Notes: a model not told the origin generated them from the sequence alone. A stretch of DNA of 63,825 nucleotides, filler included, from an uncultured Methanosarcinales archaeon (GCA_964510025.1; 4 parts of 4 records of this genome joined end to end with filler, not necessarily neighbours in it); one strand, 5' to 3'; positions 46,905 through 56,616 are shown, numbered from the whole stretch's first letter. Numbers and translations: made by a program.

Positions 46905-47623
46905 CTTGAATAATGCTTTTTTGCTTCAGCCAGTGCTTCAAAGCTTCCGATATCAAACCATTTTCCTCTGAAAACATATGCATAGATCTCCTCCCTAGAA
47001 CAAAGCCATTTCAGGAAAAAGCCCAGTGCATCAGGATTGTTACCCTCATCTAAATACTTCTTGATAAGCCGGATATTCCTCTTTGGAAATATATAGCATG
47101 CTGTGCTGACCAGTGTTGAAGCTGGTTTTTCGGGCTTTTCCTGAAAATCTGACACTTTTTTTTTGTCGATAATGCAAACACCATATCTTCCCTTTACCTT
47201 TTTTTTGCTTCTTATGTCATACAATGCAACTGATGTTTTCCTCACTTTTCTGTAAAATCTGACAAACTCCCCAAGATCAAACTCGAATATATTATCTCCG
47301 CCGACTAACAGAAAATCGTCATTGATTTTGGCTTTCGAAAGGACATAATTCAGCCCTCCTATGCTTCCTAGTTTCTTGCCTTCAGACTGTGACGGCTCTA
47401 TAACAAGCTTCACATCATGCTTTTTTTGCCATTGCCTGAATTTCTTCCCAAACTTGGCGTTTGTGGAGACGATCACACTTGAAATTTCCCCTAAACTTTC
47501 AATCTTCTCAACTATATAGTCAATGATCGGCTTGCCCCCTACCTCTAGCAGCGGTTTCGGCGTATCCTTTGTTAAAGGCCAAAGCCTCTTTGCGTATCCT
47601 CCAGCAAGTATGATTGCCTTCAT
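46901..47623 (-). CDS. Sugar-phosphate nucleotidyltransferase
   Basis: MKAIILAGGYAKRLWPLT...KPLL, GGDN, FQEKP, WFDIG. Confidence 0.92.
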   Translation of the reverse strand: MKAIILAGGYAKRLWPLTKDTPKPLLEVGGKPIIDYIVEKIESLGEISSVIVSTNAKFGKKFRQWQKKHDVKLVIEPSQSEGKKLGSIGGLNYVLSKAKINDDFLLVGGDNIFEFDLGEFVRFYRKVRKTSVALYDIRSKKKVKGRYGVCIIDKKKVSDFQEKPEKPASTLVSTACYIFPKRNIRLIKKYLDEGNNPDALGFFLKWLCSREEIYAYVFRGKWFDIGSFEALAEAKKHYSR

Positions 47624-47640
47624 TGATGCATATGCTAGGA

Positions 47641-48723
47641 TTAATCATTTAAATATCTTTTGAACAGCTGCCCATCGAGGGAGATTTGTGCACCCTTAAA
47701 TACCTGGTCAAGATGTATTATCGCCTTTATCGAGCCCCCGAACCAGTAGTTGGAGCCTATCGCTACGTGGGCCGTGCCTAGCACCTTTTCATCAATTATA
47801 GTAGCGCCTATAAGTTGCGCATCTTTGTTTATCCCTATCCCAAGCTCAGATAAGTACTTCAGCCCCCATGGGTATTTGGCCTTGGCATAGGCAAGCTCCA
47901 GCGACTTGTTGAGAAATTGGGCTTCTATCCCTCCTTTGATTTGAGTGACCTGCCCTCTTTCTACATCGATGACAACTGGCCTTCTTGCAGCAGATGTCCC
48001 CCAATGATGGGTTACAGTGGCATCTACCACTATTCTGCCTTCAACCTTTCTCTTCCTAGGAGCTATGTAGACCTCTCCTGCCGGCAGGTTTCCGCCTGTG
48101 CCTGGCTCCTTGTAATCGCCGTCATTTGATATTGAGCTTCTTCCCCGTATCCCCACCACAAGGTCTGTGCCTTTCTCTGTGCTGACGTGAACTTCTTTTG
48201 CAGAATCGATAGCCTGTTTCAATATGGCTGCTCTCTTCTGCAATCCCTCAAAGTCAGTATCTATTGATCTTACAAAGTATGAGAAGAATTCCGTATTGAT
48301 GCTGCCCAGGCTTGGGCTGGATATGAACCTGTGGTTATGCATCACTGCAAATTTTCTGAAGCTTCTGCCCAGCCCTTTCATCTTTCCAAGCCTGTGGGTA
48401 AGGCACAGCACCACCATAGAATTCTCCCTGAGATCCATCAGTGCATCAACAGTCTCTTTGGATGCATCATCTCCCCTAAGCTTAGGTGCCTGTATTATTA
48501 TCCGTGTCTTCAATCCTAGTTTCTTGGCTGCATAATAGTATGAAAGGCCCATGACAGGTGCTATCCTTTTTTCAGGGTAGCCGCCATCGCAGATTATAAG
48601 GATGTCCTCCCTCCGGGCGTTTAAGCATCTCTGCAGCGCCTTCTTGAAGGGCACAAAATTGTTCTTGGCTATCTGTACAAGCTTCTCCTTCTCCAGCCAG
48701 CTTATGAACTCTTTCTCATTCAT
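47641..48723 (-). CDS. M29-like (aminopeptidase T/AmpS) metallopeptidase
   Basis: GTDL, GNLPAGEVYIAP, ELGIGIN, DEKVLGTAHVAIG, HLD. Confidence 0.85.
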   Translation of the reverse strand: MNEKEFISWLEKEKLVQIAKNNFVPFKKALQRCLNARREDILIICDGGYPEKRIAPVMGLSYYYAAKKLGLKTRIIIQAPKLRGDDASKETVDALMDLRENSMVVLCLTHRLGKMKGLGRSFRKFAVMHNHRFISSPSLGSINTEFFSYFVRSIDTDFEGLQKRAAILKQAIDSAKEVHVSTEKGTDLVVGIRGRSSISNDGDYKEPGTGGNLPAGEVYIAPRKRKVEGRIVVDATVTHHWGTSAARRPVVIDVERGQVTQIKGGIEAQFLNKSLELAYAKAKYPWGLKYLSELGIGINKDAQLIGATIIDEKVLGTAHVAIGSNYWFGGSIKAIIHLDQVFKGAQISLDGQLFKRYLND

Positions 48724-48800
48724 TGATTCTAGCTCGATACGCAGCTTTATAAAGATTTCCACCGCTATCTTTATATACTATCCCACCTCATGAAAACGCT

Positions 48801-49514
48801 ATGGACCATAAGAAGATCTACGATCTGGTTGTCAATGAGGAAGAGATTAGCTGGCAGACCATAATCTATGACCTGATAAGCAAAGGAGAGATAGATCCCT
48901 GGAATGTCAACATCTCCATGCTCACCCAGAAATATATCGACAAGATAAAGCAGCTTCAGGAGCTTGACTTCCGGCTTTCGGGCAAGGTTCTTCTGGCTGC
49001 TGCGATGCTTCTTAAGATAAAATCAAACAAGCTTATGGGAGAAGACCTTGACAACCTTGATAAGCTGCTGTCTCAGACCCAGGACGAGGAAGCTGAGCTG
49101 TTTGAAGAGGATCTGACAGTCCAGAAAGAGGACCATAGCTACACGCTGGTACCCAAAACACCCCAGCCAAGAAAGAGGAAAGTGAGCATATACGACCTGG
49201 TAGGGGCGCTCGAGAAGGCGCTTGAAGTGAAGAAACGGAGGGTTATTGCAAGCATACCTCCCACCGATGTGAACATACCTGCGAAAAGAAGGGATATAAG
49301 CGACATGATCAAGGATATCTATGCCCGGATCAAGACCTTCTTCGACAAGGAAAAGAGGCTTACTTTTTCCCAGCTTATACCTGATGAAACCAAGGAGGGC
49401 AGGGTGTTCACCTTTATCCCGCTGCTCCACCTGACAAACCAGAGAAAGATCGATCTGGAGCAGTACCAGCATTTTGGAGATATCGAGATTATTCTGAAGC
49501 AGAAGCTACCATAA
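48801..49514 (+). CDS. scpA: Segregation/condensation protein A (kleisin)
   Basis: IDPWNVNIS, SGKVLLAAAMLLKIKS, RKVSIYDLV, FIPLLHL...FGDI. Confidence 0.9.
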   Translation: MDHKKIYDLVVNEEEISWQTIIYDLISKGEIDPWNVNISMLTQKYIDKIKQLQELDFRLSGKVLLAAAMLLKIKSNKLMGEDLDNLDKLLSQTQDEEAELFEEDLTVQKEDHSYTLVPKTPQPRKRKVSIYDLVGALEKALEVKKRRVIASIPPTDVNIPAKRRDISDMIKDIYARIKTFFDKEKRLTFSQLIPDETKEGRVFTFIPLLHLTNQRKIDLEQYQHFGDIEIILKQKLP

Positions 49515-49574
49515 TCTTTTTAAATCAATCCCCTTTTCTTATGACAGGTGGTTTAAATAAGCGAAAGACAGGTT

Positions 49575-50525
49575 TTGATAGCAGGTTCTGCCAATAGGCA
49601 GCTGGCAAAGGAGATATCATCCTACCTGAATACAGAGATGACTCCGATGGATGTCCAAAGCTTCAACGACGGGGAGACCTATATCCATATTAAAAAAAGC
49701 GTCAGAGGGGCCAAGGTCTTCATTATACAGCCGACAAGCCCGCCTGTCAACGATAAGCTTATGGAGCTTCTCCTCATAGTCGATGCATGCAAAAGGGCAT
49801 CTGCCAAAGAGATAAACGTCATCGTGCCCTATTTCGGCTATTCAAGGCAGGACAGGAAGGCTATGCCAAGAGAGCCGATAAGCGCCAAGGTAGCGGCAAA
49901 TCTTATCGAAGCTGTAGGTGCGCACAGGGTGGTCACTTTTGACCTGCATGTGGACCAGATCCAGGGCTTTTTCAACATACCCCTGGACAATCTCGAAGCT
50001 CTTCCGCTGATCGCTGATTATCTTTTGGATATGAGGCTGGACAATATAATTGTAGTTGCTCCAGACGTTGGCGGGGCAAAAAGGGCAAGAAAACTCGCCA
50101 GGATGCTGGACACGAAGATCGCCATAATCGACAAGAGAAGGCCTGAGCACGGCGTATCAGAAGTGATCAACATAGTAGGGGACATAAAAGGTAAGAACAC
50201 GGTGATAATCGATGACATCATCGATACTGCAGGCACGATAACAGGCGCTGCAAAAGCTCTCAAGAAAAAAGGCGCTAAGCAGGTTTATATCGCAGCCACC
50301 CATGCTATTTTTTCCGGCAAAGCAACAGAAAAGCTACAGGATGATGCGATAAAGGGGGTAATAGTCACAAATTCGATAAGCCTGCCAGGGGATAAGACCT
50401 TTGAAAAACTGAAGATAATAACGCTTGCTCCTCTGTTGGCTGAGGCTATCAAGAGGATCTACGAAGGTGAGCCAATGGGAGTGCTGTTTGAGGGCTTGTA
50501 CCAGAAGATTGCAGACAAAAGGTGA
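49575..50525 (+). CDS. prs: Ribose-phosphate pyrophosphokinase (class I-like); start may be ATA at 49557
   Basis: FNDGE, PYFGYSRQDRK, DLHVDQIQGFF, PDVGG, IDKRR, DDIIDTAGT, ATHA. Confidence 0.95.
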   Translation: MIAGSANRQLAKEISSYLNTEMTPMDVQSFNDGETYIHIKKSVRGAKVFIIQPTSPPVNDKLMELLLIVDACKRASAKEINVIVPYFGYSRQDRKAMPREPISAKVAANLIEAVGAHRVVTFDLHVDQIQGFFNIPLDNLEALPLIADYLLDMRLDNIIVVAPDVGGAKRARKLARMLDTKIAIIDKRRPEHGVSEVINIVGDIKGKNTVIIDDIIDTAGTITGAAKALKKKGAKQVYIAATHAIFSGKATEKLQDDAIKGVIVTNSISLPGDKTFEKLKIITLAPLLAEAIKRIYEGEPMGVLFEGLYQKIADKR

Positions 50526-50529
50526 TCAT

Positions 50530-50940
50530 ATGGACGATCTTGAAAGGAAATATATGGAATTCCAGAGCTTGGATAAGGAGATAAAGGAAAAATACGAGCA
50601 GATGCAGAAGTTTGAGACCCAGGTCCAGGAGATCAACAGCGTAATCGAAGGTCTTGAATCCATAAAGGAAGTGAAAAAAGGTGAGGGGATCTTGGTGCCG
50701 ATAAGTTCTGGGATTTTTTTGAAGGCTAAGCTGGAAGCTAACCAGGAACTTCTTATGAACGTTGGCGCAGGTGTCGTAGTCAGCAAGAATGTCGAGGATG
50801 CAAAGAGACTCCTAAAGGAACAGATAGAAAAAGCTGACAAGGTAAAAGAGAAGATGTCAGACCAGATATCCAAGATGGTCAGCAAAGCCATTCCTTTGCA
50901 GGAAGAGCTGAAGAAACTGGTGGAGAGCCAGGAAAGCTGA
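50530..50940 (+). CDS. pfdA: Prefoldin subunit alpha
   Basis: Coiled coil, ILVPISSGIFL...LMNVGAGVVV hairpins, coiled coil; GGTGA SD; upstream of ftsY. Confidence 0.9.
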   Translation: MDDLERKYMEFQSLDKEIKEKYEQMQKFETQVQEINSVIEGLESIKEVKKGEGILVPISSGIFLKAKLEANQELLMNVGAGVVVSKNVEDAKRLLKEQIEKADKVKEKMSDQISKMVSKAIPLQEELKKLVESQES

Positions 50941-50942
50941 AA

Positions 50943-52136
50943 ATGTTCAAGTTCTTAAGAGAAAAGCTGAAGCAAGGCATAGCTAAGTTCTCCAAGAAAG
51001 TTGAGGAAGAAGGAGAAGAGAAAACAGTCGAGAAGACCGGAGATGGAGTTCCTGAGGGGCAGGTCTGCAGGAAAGAGCCTGGCGGGAATCCAGCAGAAGA
51101 GACTGCAGCAGGCAAAGAAGTCGAAAAAGAAGATGCTCAAAAGGGTTTTTTTGGGAAGATAAGGCAGAATTTAGCCCCTAAAAAAGATGTCGAGAAAACA
51201 GAGCCTGCAGAAGATGTGCAAGAGAAAGAGCCGCTGCCTGAATCCAAAGGTGAACGCAGGGGCTTTCTGGATACTATAAAGGAAAAAATAACGACCAAGA
51301 AGATTTCTGAGCCGCAGTTTGAGGAACTTTTCTGGGACCTTGAAGTGGCTTTGCTGGAGAACAATGTTGCTATGGAAGTGATTGAGAAGCTGAAGCAGGA
51401 CCTGAAATCTGATATCGTGGACAAGCCTTTGCCAAGATCGCAGATAGAGCAGAAAATCGAGAAGACGCTTGAAAATTCCATAAAGACCATCATCACTGCA
51501 GAATCTTTCGATTTTCTTGATAGGATAAGGGAAAAAAAGCCCTTTGTGATATGCTTTATAGGGGTTAATGGATCCGGAAAAACCACAACAATCGCCAAGG
51601 TCGCTAGGCTGCTTCTCGATAATAAGCTTAGCGTGGTATTGGCGGCAGCCGACACTTTCAGGGCTGCATCGATAGAGCAGCTGCAGAAGCATGCTGACAA
51701 CCTGGGGGTGAAGGCAGTCAAGCATGGGTATGGGTCTGATCCTGCCGCTGTTGCATTTGATGCCATACAGCATGCCAGATCAAAGAGTATAGATGTGGTG
51801 CTTATCGATACAGCAGGCAGGATGCACAGCAATGTAAACCTGGCGGACGAGATGAAGAAGATAGTCAGGGTTGCTAAGCCGGACCTCAAGATATTTGTCG
51901 GTGAATCGATAACAGGAAATGACTGTGTTGAGCAGGCAAAGAAATTCAACGATGCTGTCGGGATAGATGCAGTGATCCTGTCCAAGTCAGATGTAGATGA
52001 GAAGGGCGGAGCAGCTGTATCTGTTAGCTATGTTACAGGAAAACCTATATTATACCTTGGCATAGGTCAGGAATATACTGACCTGCAAAAATTCGATTCT
52101 GATGTGGTATTGAGGCACCTTGGCCTTGAATCCTGA
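50943..52136 (+). CDS. ftsY: SRP receptor FtsY
   Basis: Acidic N-domain, GVNGSGKTTT, DTFRAA, DTAGR, KGGA. Confidence 0.96.
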   Translation: MFKFLREKLKQGIAKFSKKVEEEGEEKTVEKTGDGVPEGQVCRKEPGGNPAEETAAGKEVEKEDAQKGFFGKIRQNLAPKKDVEKTEPAEDVQEKEPLPESKGERRGFLDTIKEKITTKKISEPQFEELFWDLEVALLENNVAMEVIEKLKQDLKSDIVDKPLPRSQIEQKIEKTLENSIKTIITAESFDFLDRIREKKPFVICFIGVNGSGKTTTIAKVARLLLDNKLSVVLAAADTFRAASIEQLQKHADNLGVKAVKHGYGSDPAAVAFDAIQHARSKSIDVVLIDTAGRMHSNVNLADEMKKIVRVAKPDLKIFVGESITGNDCVEQAKKFNDAVGIDAVILSKSDVDEKGGAAVSVSYVTGKPILYLGIGQEYTDLQKFDSDVVLRHLGLES

Positions 52137-52177
52137 AAAACAAAAATTATATAAACCAATCCACTAATTCCGGGACA

Positions 52178-52690
52178 ATGGCAGAATCACTATCAAAGCA
52201 GCCTTGCCCTATGTGCAAGGAAAAGACACTCACTCTCAATGAGGAAGATGTTGAGGTGCCTTACTTCGGCAAGATGAGCATCTTCTCCATGACATGCAGC
52301 AACTGCAGGTTCCACAAGGCTGATGTGGAGGCTTTGGAGAAACAGAAGCCATGCAAATGGTCAATAGATATTTCTTCTAAAGATGACCTGAAGATTAGGA
52401 TAATCAAAAGCTCGCAGGCCACTGTGAAGATACCTTACATTACGACCATAACGCCCGGGCCGGCATCACTTGGCTATATAACCAACGTAGAGGGTATACT
52501 TACAAGGATAAAGCACCAGATAGATTCTGCTAAGGAAGCGGCAGAAGACAAGGATGAGAAGAAGCAGGCCTGGAAGCTCCTGAAGAAGATCAACAGGATA
52601 ATGTGGGGTTCTGAAAAATGCAAGCTTATTATAGAAGACCCGAGCGGGAACAGCGCAATCATAAGCGATAAGGCATCAAAGCTTAACTAA
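52178..52690 (+). CDS. ZPR1 zinc-finger protein
   Basis: CPMC...VPYFG...CSNC, ITNVEG, IEDPSGNSAI. Confidence 0.92.
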   Translation: MAESLSKQPCPMCKEKTLTLNEEDVEVPYFGKMSIFSMTCSNCRFHKADVEALEKQKPCKWSIDISSKDDLKIRIIKSSQATVKIPYITTITPGPASLGYITNVEGILTRIKHQIDSAKEAAEDKDEKKQAWKLLKKINRIMWGSEKCKLIIEDPSGNSAIISDKASKLN

Positions 52691-53148
52691 TGATTTCTGC
52701 TTTTCTGTGAGCGCAGCATATTTCCCTTCCCCCAGGTCTCCAAGTTCGAGCCTGCCGATTTTGGTCCTTTTGATGAAAGCTATTTTATAGCCAAGCTTTT
52801 TCATGATCCTTCTTATGATCCTGTTCCTGCCCTCATGGATCTGTATCTCAAGAAGCCTTGGCTCTGGTTGTGAGACTTGAGCTTCGGTTGTCACTCCATC
52901 CTGCAGCTTCACCCCCTTCCTAATCATCTCGATGTGGCTGCCTGAAACAGGCTTATCTGTTCCCACCAGGTATGTTTTTTTGATCTCATACCTTGGGTGC
53001 ATGATGCTGTTTGCAAAATCACCGTCATTGGTGAGGATCAGCAATCCTGATGTGTTGTAGTCAAGCCTGCCAACGGGAAATATCCTCTGCTTGATATCAA
53101 CGTAGTCCATTATCGTCCTATACCGTCTATCCCATAAGGCAGTTACGC
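52676..53148 (-). CDS. Pseudouridine synthase, RsuA/RluB family, 5'-truncated
   Basis: Frame open to the gap; IFPVGRLDYNTSGLLILTNDG, HPRYEIKKTY, IHEGRNR. Confidence 0.88.
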
Positions 53149-53248
53149 NNNNNNNNNNNNNNNNNNNNNNNNNNNNNNNNNNNNNNNNNNNNTTAATTAA
53201 TTAANNNNNNNNNNNNNNNNNNNNNNNNNNNNNNNNNNNNNNNNNNNN
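53149..53248. other. Artificial contig spacer
   Basis: N run with TTAATTAATTAA. Confidence 0.98.
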
Positions 53249-54058
53249 ACTCCCTGGTTTGGGCTTTTCGGAGCCAATTCAGGCTATGACCGTATCGAAG
53301 ATTGCTTCAAGGATATGACAAAGCATATATTCGCTCTTGAGACAGGCCTTAGCTCTGATCCAGAGATGAACTGGCGCCTTTCAGCTCTTGACAGATACAC
53401 GCTGGTCAGCAATTCTGATCTTCATTCATTCTGGCCATGGAGAATGGGAAGGGAGGCAAATGTGCTCGAGCTGAAGGAGCTAACCTATAGGCAGATAATG
53501 AGGGCTATCAGGACAAGGGAGGGATTCAAGGAGACCATAGAGGTGGATCCTGCTTTCGGTAAATATCACTGGACAGGCCATCGCAACTGCAATGTGAATC
53601 TCAGCCCTTCCCAGGCCATTGAGCTGAATAACATCTGCCCTAAATGCGGACAAAAACTGACAGTAGGTGTCGAGCAGCGCATAGAGGAGCTTGCGGACAG
53701 GCCGGCCGGTTTCAAGCCGGATAACGCAGTGCCTTTCAGGAGGTTGATCCCTCTTTCAGAACTGCTAAGCTGCCTGTTGGGCAAAGCAGTGTCCACCAAA
53801 GCAATATGGGAGCAGTACCGCAGGCTTGTCACACAAGACAGGAATGAATACTATATATTGAGGAAGGCTGGCCTGGAAGAGCTGAAGGCTCTTGTGGACA
53901 ATAAGATTGCAGAGGCCATCCTGAGGAATAGGAAAGGCCAAATCAAGGTAGTTCCTGGATATGATGGAGTGTATGGCAAGCCGGTTTTGGAAGGCAGACT
54001 TCCTGAGCCCACCGAAGTAAGGAAGAAGCAGATGAATCTTTCAGATTACCCTACATGA
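53249..54058 (+). CDS. Endonuclease Q (PHP family), C-terminal part
   Basis: Frame open from the gap: TPWFGLFG..., LETGLSSDP, SNSDLHS, GKYHWTGHRNC, CPKCG, PGYDGVYG. Confidence 0.88.
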   Translation, partial: TPWFGLFGANSGYDRIEDCFKDMTKHIFALETGLSSDPEMNWRLSALDRYTLVSNSDLHSFWPWRMGREANVLELKELTYRQIMRAIRTREGFKETIEVDPAFGKYHWTGHRNCNVNLSPSQAIELNNICPKCGQKLTVGVEQRIEELADRPAGFKPDNAVPFRRLIPLSELLSCLLGKAVSTKAIWEQYRRLVTQDRNEYYILRKAGLEELKALVDNKIAEAILRNRKGQIKVVPGYDGVYGKPVLEGRLPEPTEVRKKQMNLSDYPT

Positions 54059-54545
54059 CATTCACAGTTCCCATCTTCATAGCAAGTCCGGTGCCTGACT
54101 TGTAGATTGGATCCACATACGTGTAGCTGCCTTTCTGGTTAAATCTTACTTTAAATTCATCCTCAAAGCCGATCCTTTTGCTCCTGAAATGATTATAGTG
54201 CGCAGCTACCATATGGACCCTTTCATTAGCACCTATGATATCCTTGTTCACCCATACTACTGTTGTTCCTCTGGTTATGTTTATCTCATTTGGGTGGAAT
54301 GACAGGTCCTGGATCGTCACATATACTGTTTCAGGGTCTGCCTGCTCAGGTTCCTTGAGTACAGGTTCTTCTGTCTTCTCTACCTGTTCATCTTTTTCTA
54401 GCTTTTCTGGCAGCTCAGCTGTATAGCTCGCCCTTCCTGTTGGTCTTGCACCAATGTTAGCCACGATGCTTACAAATCCCAGAGATATCAAGAGTAATAG
54501 CAGTACTACAGATAGCTGTTCTTTATTTGCCCCCCTCTTTTTCAC
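54051..54545 (-). CDS. Membrane-anchored cupredoxin-like protein (Cys-to-Asp variant)
   Basis: N-terminal TM; FHPNEINITRGTTVVWVNKD, VHMV, GSYTYVDPIY...MGTVNV. Confidence 0.75.
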   Translation of the reverse strand: MKKRGANKEQLSVVLLLLLISLGFVSIVANIGARPTGRASYTAELPEKLEKDEQVEKTEEPVLKEPEQADPETVYVTIQDLSFHPNEINITRGTTVVWVNKDIIGANERVHMVAAHYNHFRSKRIGFEDEFKVRFNQKGSYTYVDPIYKSGTGLAMKMGTVNVM

Positions 54546-54555
54546 ACTTATCTTC

Positions 54556-55146
54556 CTATCTACTCTTCTCTTCTATAAAGCTGATTAATGTAAATCCTAA
54601 TGCTATGAAAAGCAAAAGCGTAACCACATTTTTCTGGATCTTAGAGAACTCTATTACATTTTTTGCATAGTTTCCTGTGATGTCAATAAGGTCCCCTTTG
54701 ACATTAATCTCCCCCTGCATATATGTATGGATAGTGTCGATATATTTGTATTCTCCCGCCGAATTGAACCTATAGCTGAAGGACTGGTTCGGCTCGATCC
54801 TTTCGCTGTGAAAAAGGTGCTCAGGAGACCGGTGCTTTATCTGATGCACAAACGTATCCTTGTTTACCCACACCACTGTGGTTCCTTTCTCCACTTCCAA
54901 TGTCTTTGGGCTGAATATGTTATGCAGGATCTCGATAGTTGCTATCTTTGGCAGCTCTTCGGTCTGCACAACCTCTTCTGTCCTGTCCCCCATATCCACC
55001 TCTTCTGCCACCTCATCATCGTCCGTAACCTTATATTGTTTGAGGTCTCTGTCAAGATCTTTCTCTCTTTGAGTATATACATAATAGGACGAAGCGAGCA
55101 GGAGAATGATGACAATCAATATCCAGCCTAGTATATTTCCTTTCAT
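54556..55146 (-). CDS. Two-TM cupredoxin-like protein (Cys-to-Asp variant)
   Basis: FSPKTLEVEKGTTVVWVNKD, VHQI, GEYKYIDTIHTYMQGEINV; TM at both ends. Confidence 0.78.
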   Translation of the reverse strand: MKGNILGWILIVIILLLASSYYVYTQREKDLDRDLKQYKVTDDDEVAEEVDMGDRTEEVVQTEELPKIATIEILHNIFSPKTLEVEKGTTVVWVNKDTFVHQIKHRSPEHLFHSERIEPNQSFSYRFNSAGEYKYIDTIHTYMQGEINVKGDLIDITGNYAKNVIEFSKIQKNVVTLLLFIALGFTLISFIEEKSR

Positions 55147-55186
55147 CTTAAAACCTATTCCATTAATTGATATTTATAGTTTTCTA

Positions 55187-56554
55187 TTAATAGCCGCCGC
55201 CTTCCTGGCATTCGCATGCTGCGTCGCACCATTCACCAACATTACAGTCTGAGTTGTCCTCGCACTCCTCGTTTGCCCCAAACCCGTTAGGTGTCTGGAT
55301 GATGTTGTCGCCGCAGAACGTCCTGGTGCAGTCGTCATAGCACTCGTCGTCGTCATTCCCATTGCTTCCGTCATCGCATTGCTCATCAAATCCCTCTCCG
55401 TTAGGAGCCTGGACTATGCTGTCTCCGCATACTCCTCCAGGCGGTGTCGGCTCAGACTGGCACAGCGGATCGCATAGGTCGCCAGCATCGTTGTTGCCAT
55501 CGTCGCACTCTTCTCCAGGATCTAGATTGCCGTCGCCGCAAACAGCAGGGTTCTCCAACCTGCAATCAGAGCTGCAGCCATCCCCGTCGTCTGTGTTCCC
55601 GTCATCGCATTCCTCACTGAGGACATCAAGCTCTCCGTCCCCACATCCAGGCGCAGCCACTCCCTCTGTTTTGCAGTAAGCATTGCATCCGTCCCCGGCT
55701 CTTGGGACGCATATCTCATCTCCTATTCCCGCACAGTCAGCATGGTCGCTGCATATGCTGAGGTCTTCGCAGTGCTTCCCATCGTCGCATGTTTCGATTC
55801 CATCATTGACCAGCTTGTCGCCGCAGTACTCATCTCGACAGTCTTTTGAGCAACCATCTCCGCTTACGGTGTTTCCATCGTCACACTCTTCGCTTTCGCC
55901 GTTGTGGTTGGGATCCTGCACGTCGTCATCCCCGCAGTACTCATATGGCACCCCCGGCCCTGCTTCTTCCTCTGTACAGCTCGCCGAGCAACCATCTCCG
56001 TTATTATTGTTGCCGTCATCACATGCCTCCCCTCCTTGTTTCTTGCCGTCACCGCATATAGGCGAGGCAGTTCCGCCTGCTACCCTTCCAACCAGCTCTC
56101 CTGTGACCCTTTTTACAAATCCGTCGCTGTCCCTAAGCCCTATATTGAGCCTTGTTCCCAGCTTATTGCCTTCTTCAGCGAGCTCTTCACAGCCTGTTGC
56201 AAAAGCTGGAACATTTCTGTTGAATCTGACAGTAGAGGCTGCTCCGTTTGCCAGATACCTGTCAGTGCTTGAAAAGCATTTTGCTCCATCCTTGTTTATT
56301 ATATATGAATCATCTGTAACAGTAAGGCTCTTATCCATAACGTTCCTCAGCAGCAGATCGACATTCCCTGTGGCAGCTCCCCACTGTTCACATAATAGGC
56401 CGCCGCTTGTGGTAACCACACATTTCTCAGGCAGAAAAGTTGTGGGATTGATGAAATACACCAGAGATCCCATCACCAGCAAGACGCTCAGGATAGCCCA
56501 GCCATAAGTCATCAAGAATTCCATAGCAGCCTGAGCTTTCCTTTTTTTAGCCAT
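55187..56554 (-). CDS. Archaeal type IV pilin-like protein fused to Myxococcus-type Cys-rich (DUF4215-like) repeats
   Basis: Class III signal KKRKAQAAMEFLMTYGWAIL; about 7 repeats of CGDG/CGDx...ExCDDGN...GDGCxxxC. Confidence 0.85.
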   Translation of the reverse strand: MAKKRKAQAAMEFLMTYGWAILSVLLVMGSLVYFINPTTFLPEKCVVTTSGGLLCEQWGAATGNVDLLLRNVMDKSLTVTDDSYIINKDGAKCFSSTDRYLANGAASTVRFNRNVPAFATGCEELAEEGNKLGTRLNIGLRDSDGFVKRVTGELVGRVAGGTASPICGDGKKQGGEACDDGNNNNGDGCSASCTEEEAGPGVPYEYCGDDDVQDPNHNGESEECDDGNTVSGDGCSKDCRDEYCGDKLVNDGIETCDDGKHCEDLSICSDHADCAGIGDEICVPRAGDGCNAYCKTEGVAAPGCGDGELDVLSEECDDGNTDDGDGCSSDCRLENPAVCGDGNLDPGEECDDGNNDAGDLCDPLCQSEPTPPGGVCGDSIVQAPNGEGFDEQCDDGSNGNDDDECYDDCTRTFCGDNIIQTPNGFGANEECEDNSDCNVGEWCDAACECQEGGGY

Positions 56555-56616
56555 ACTCTAAGCCTATAATATTTGCCTTATATAAAATTTACTAATAAAA
56601 AAAGAAAAAGAAATGT

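Noticed and set aside
55187..56060. Periodic DNA repeats suggesting a CRISPR or tandem array
   Set aside because: Degenerate, codon-phased repeats encoding Cys-rich protein modules; no identical repeat-spacer structure and no cas genes
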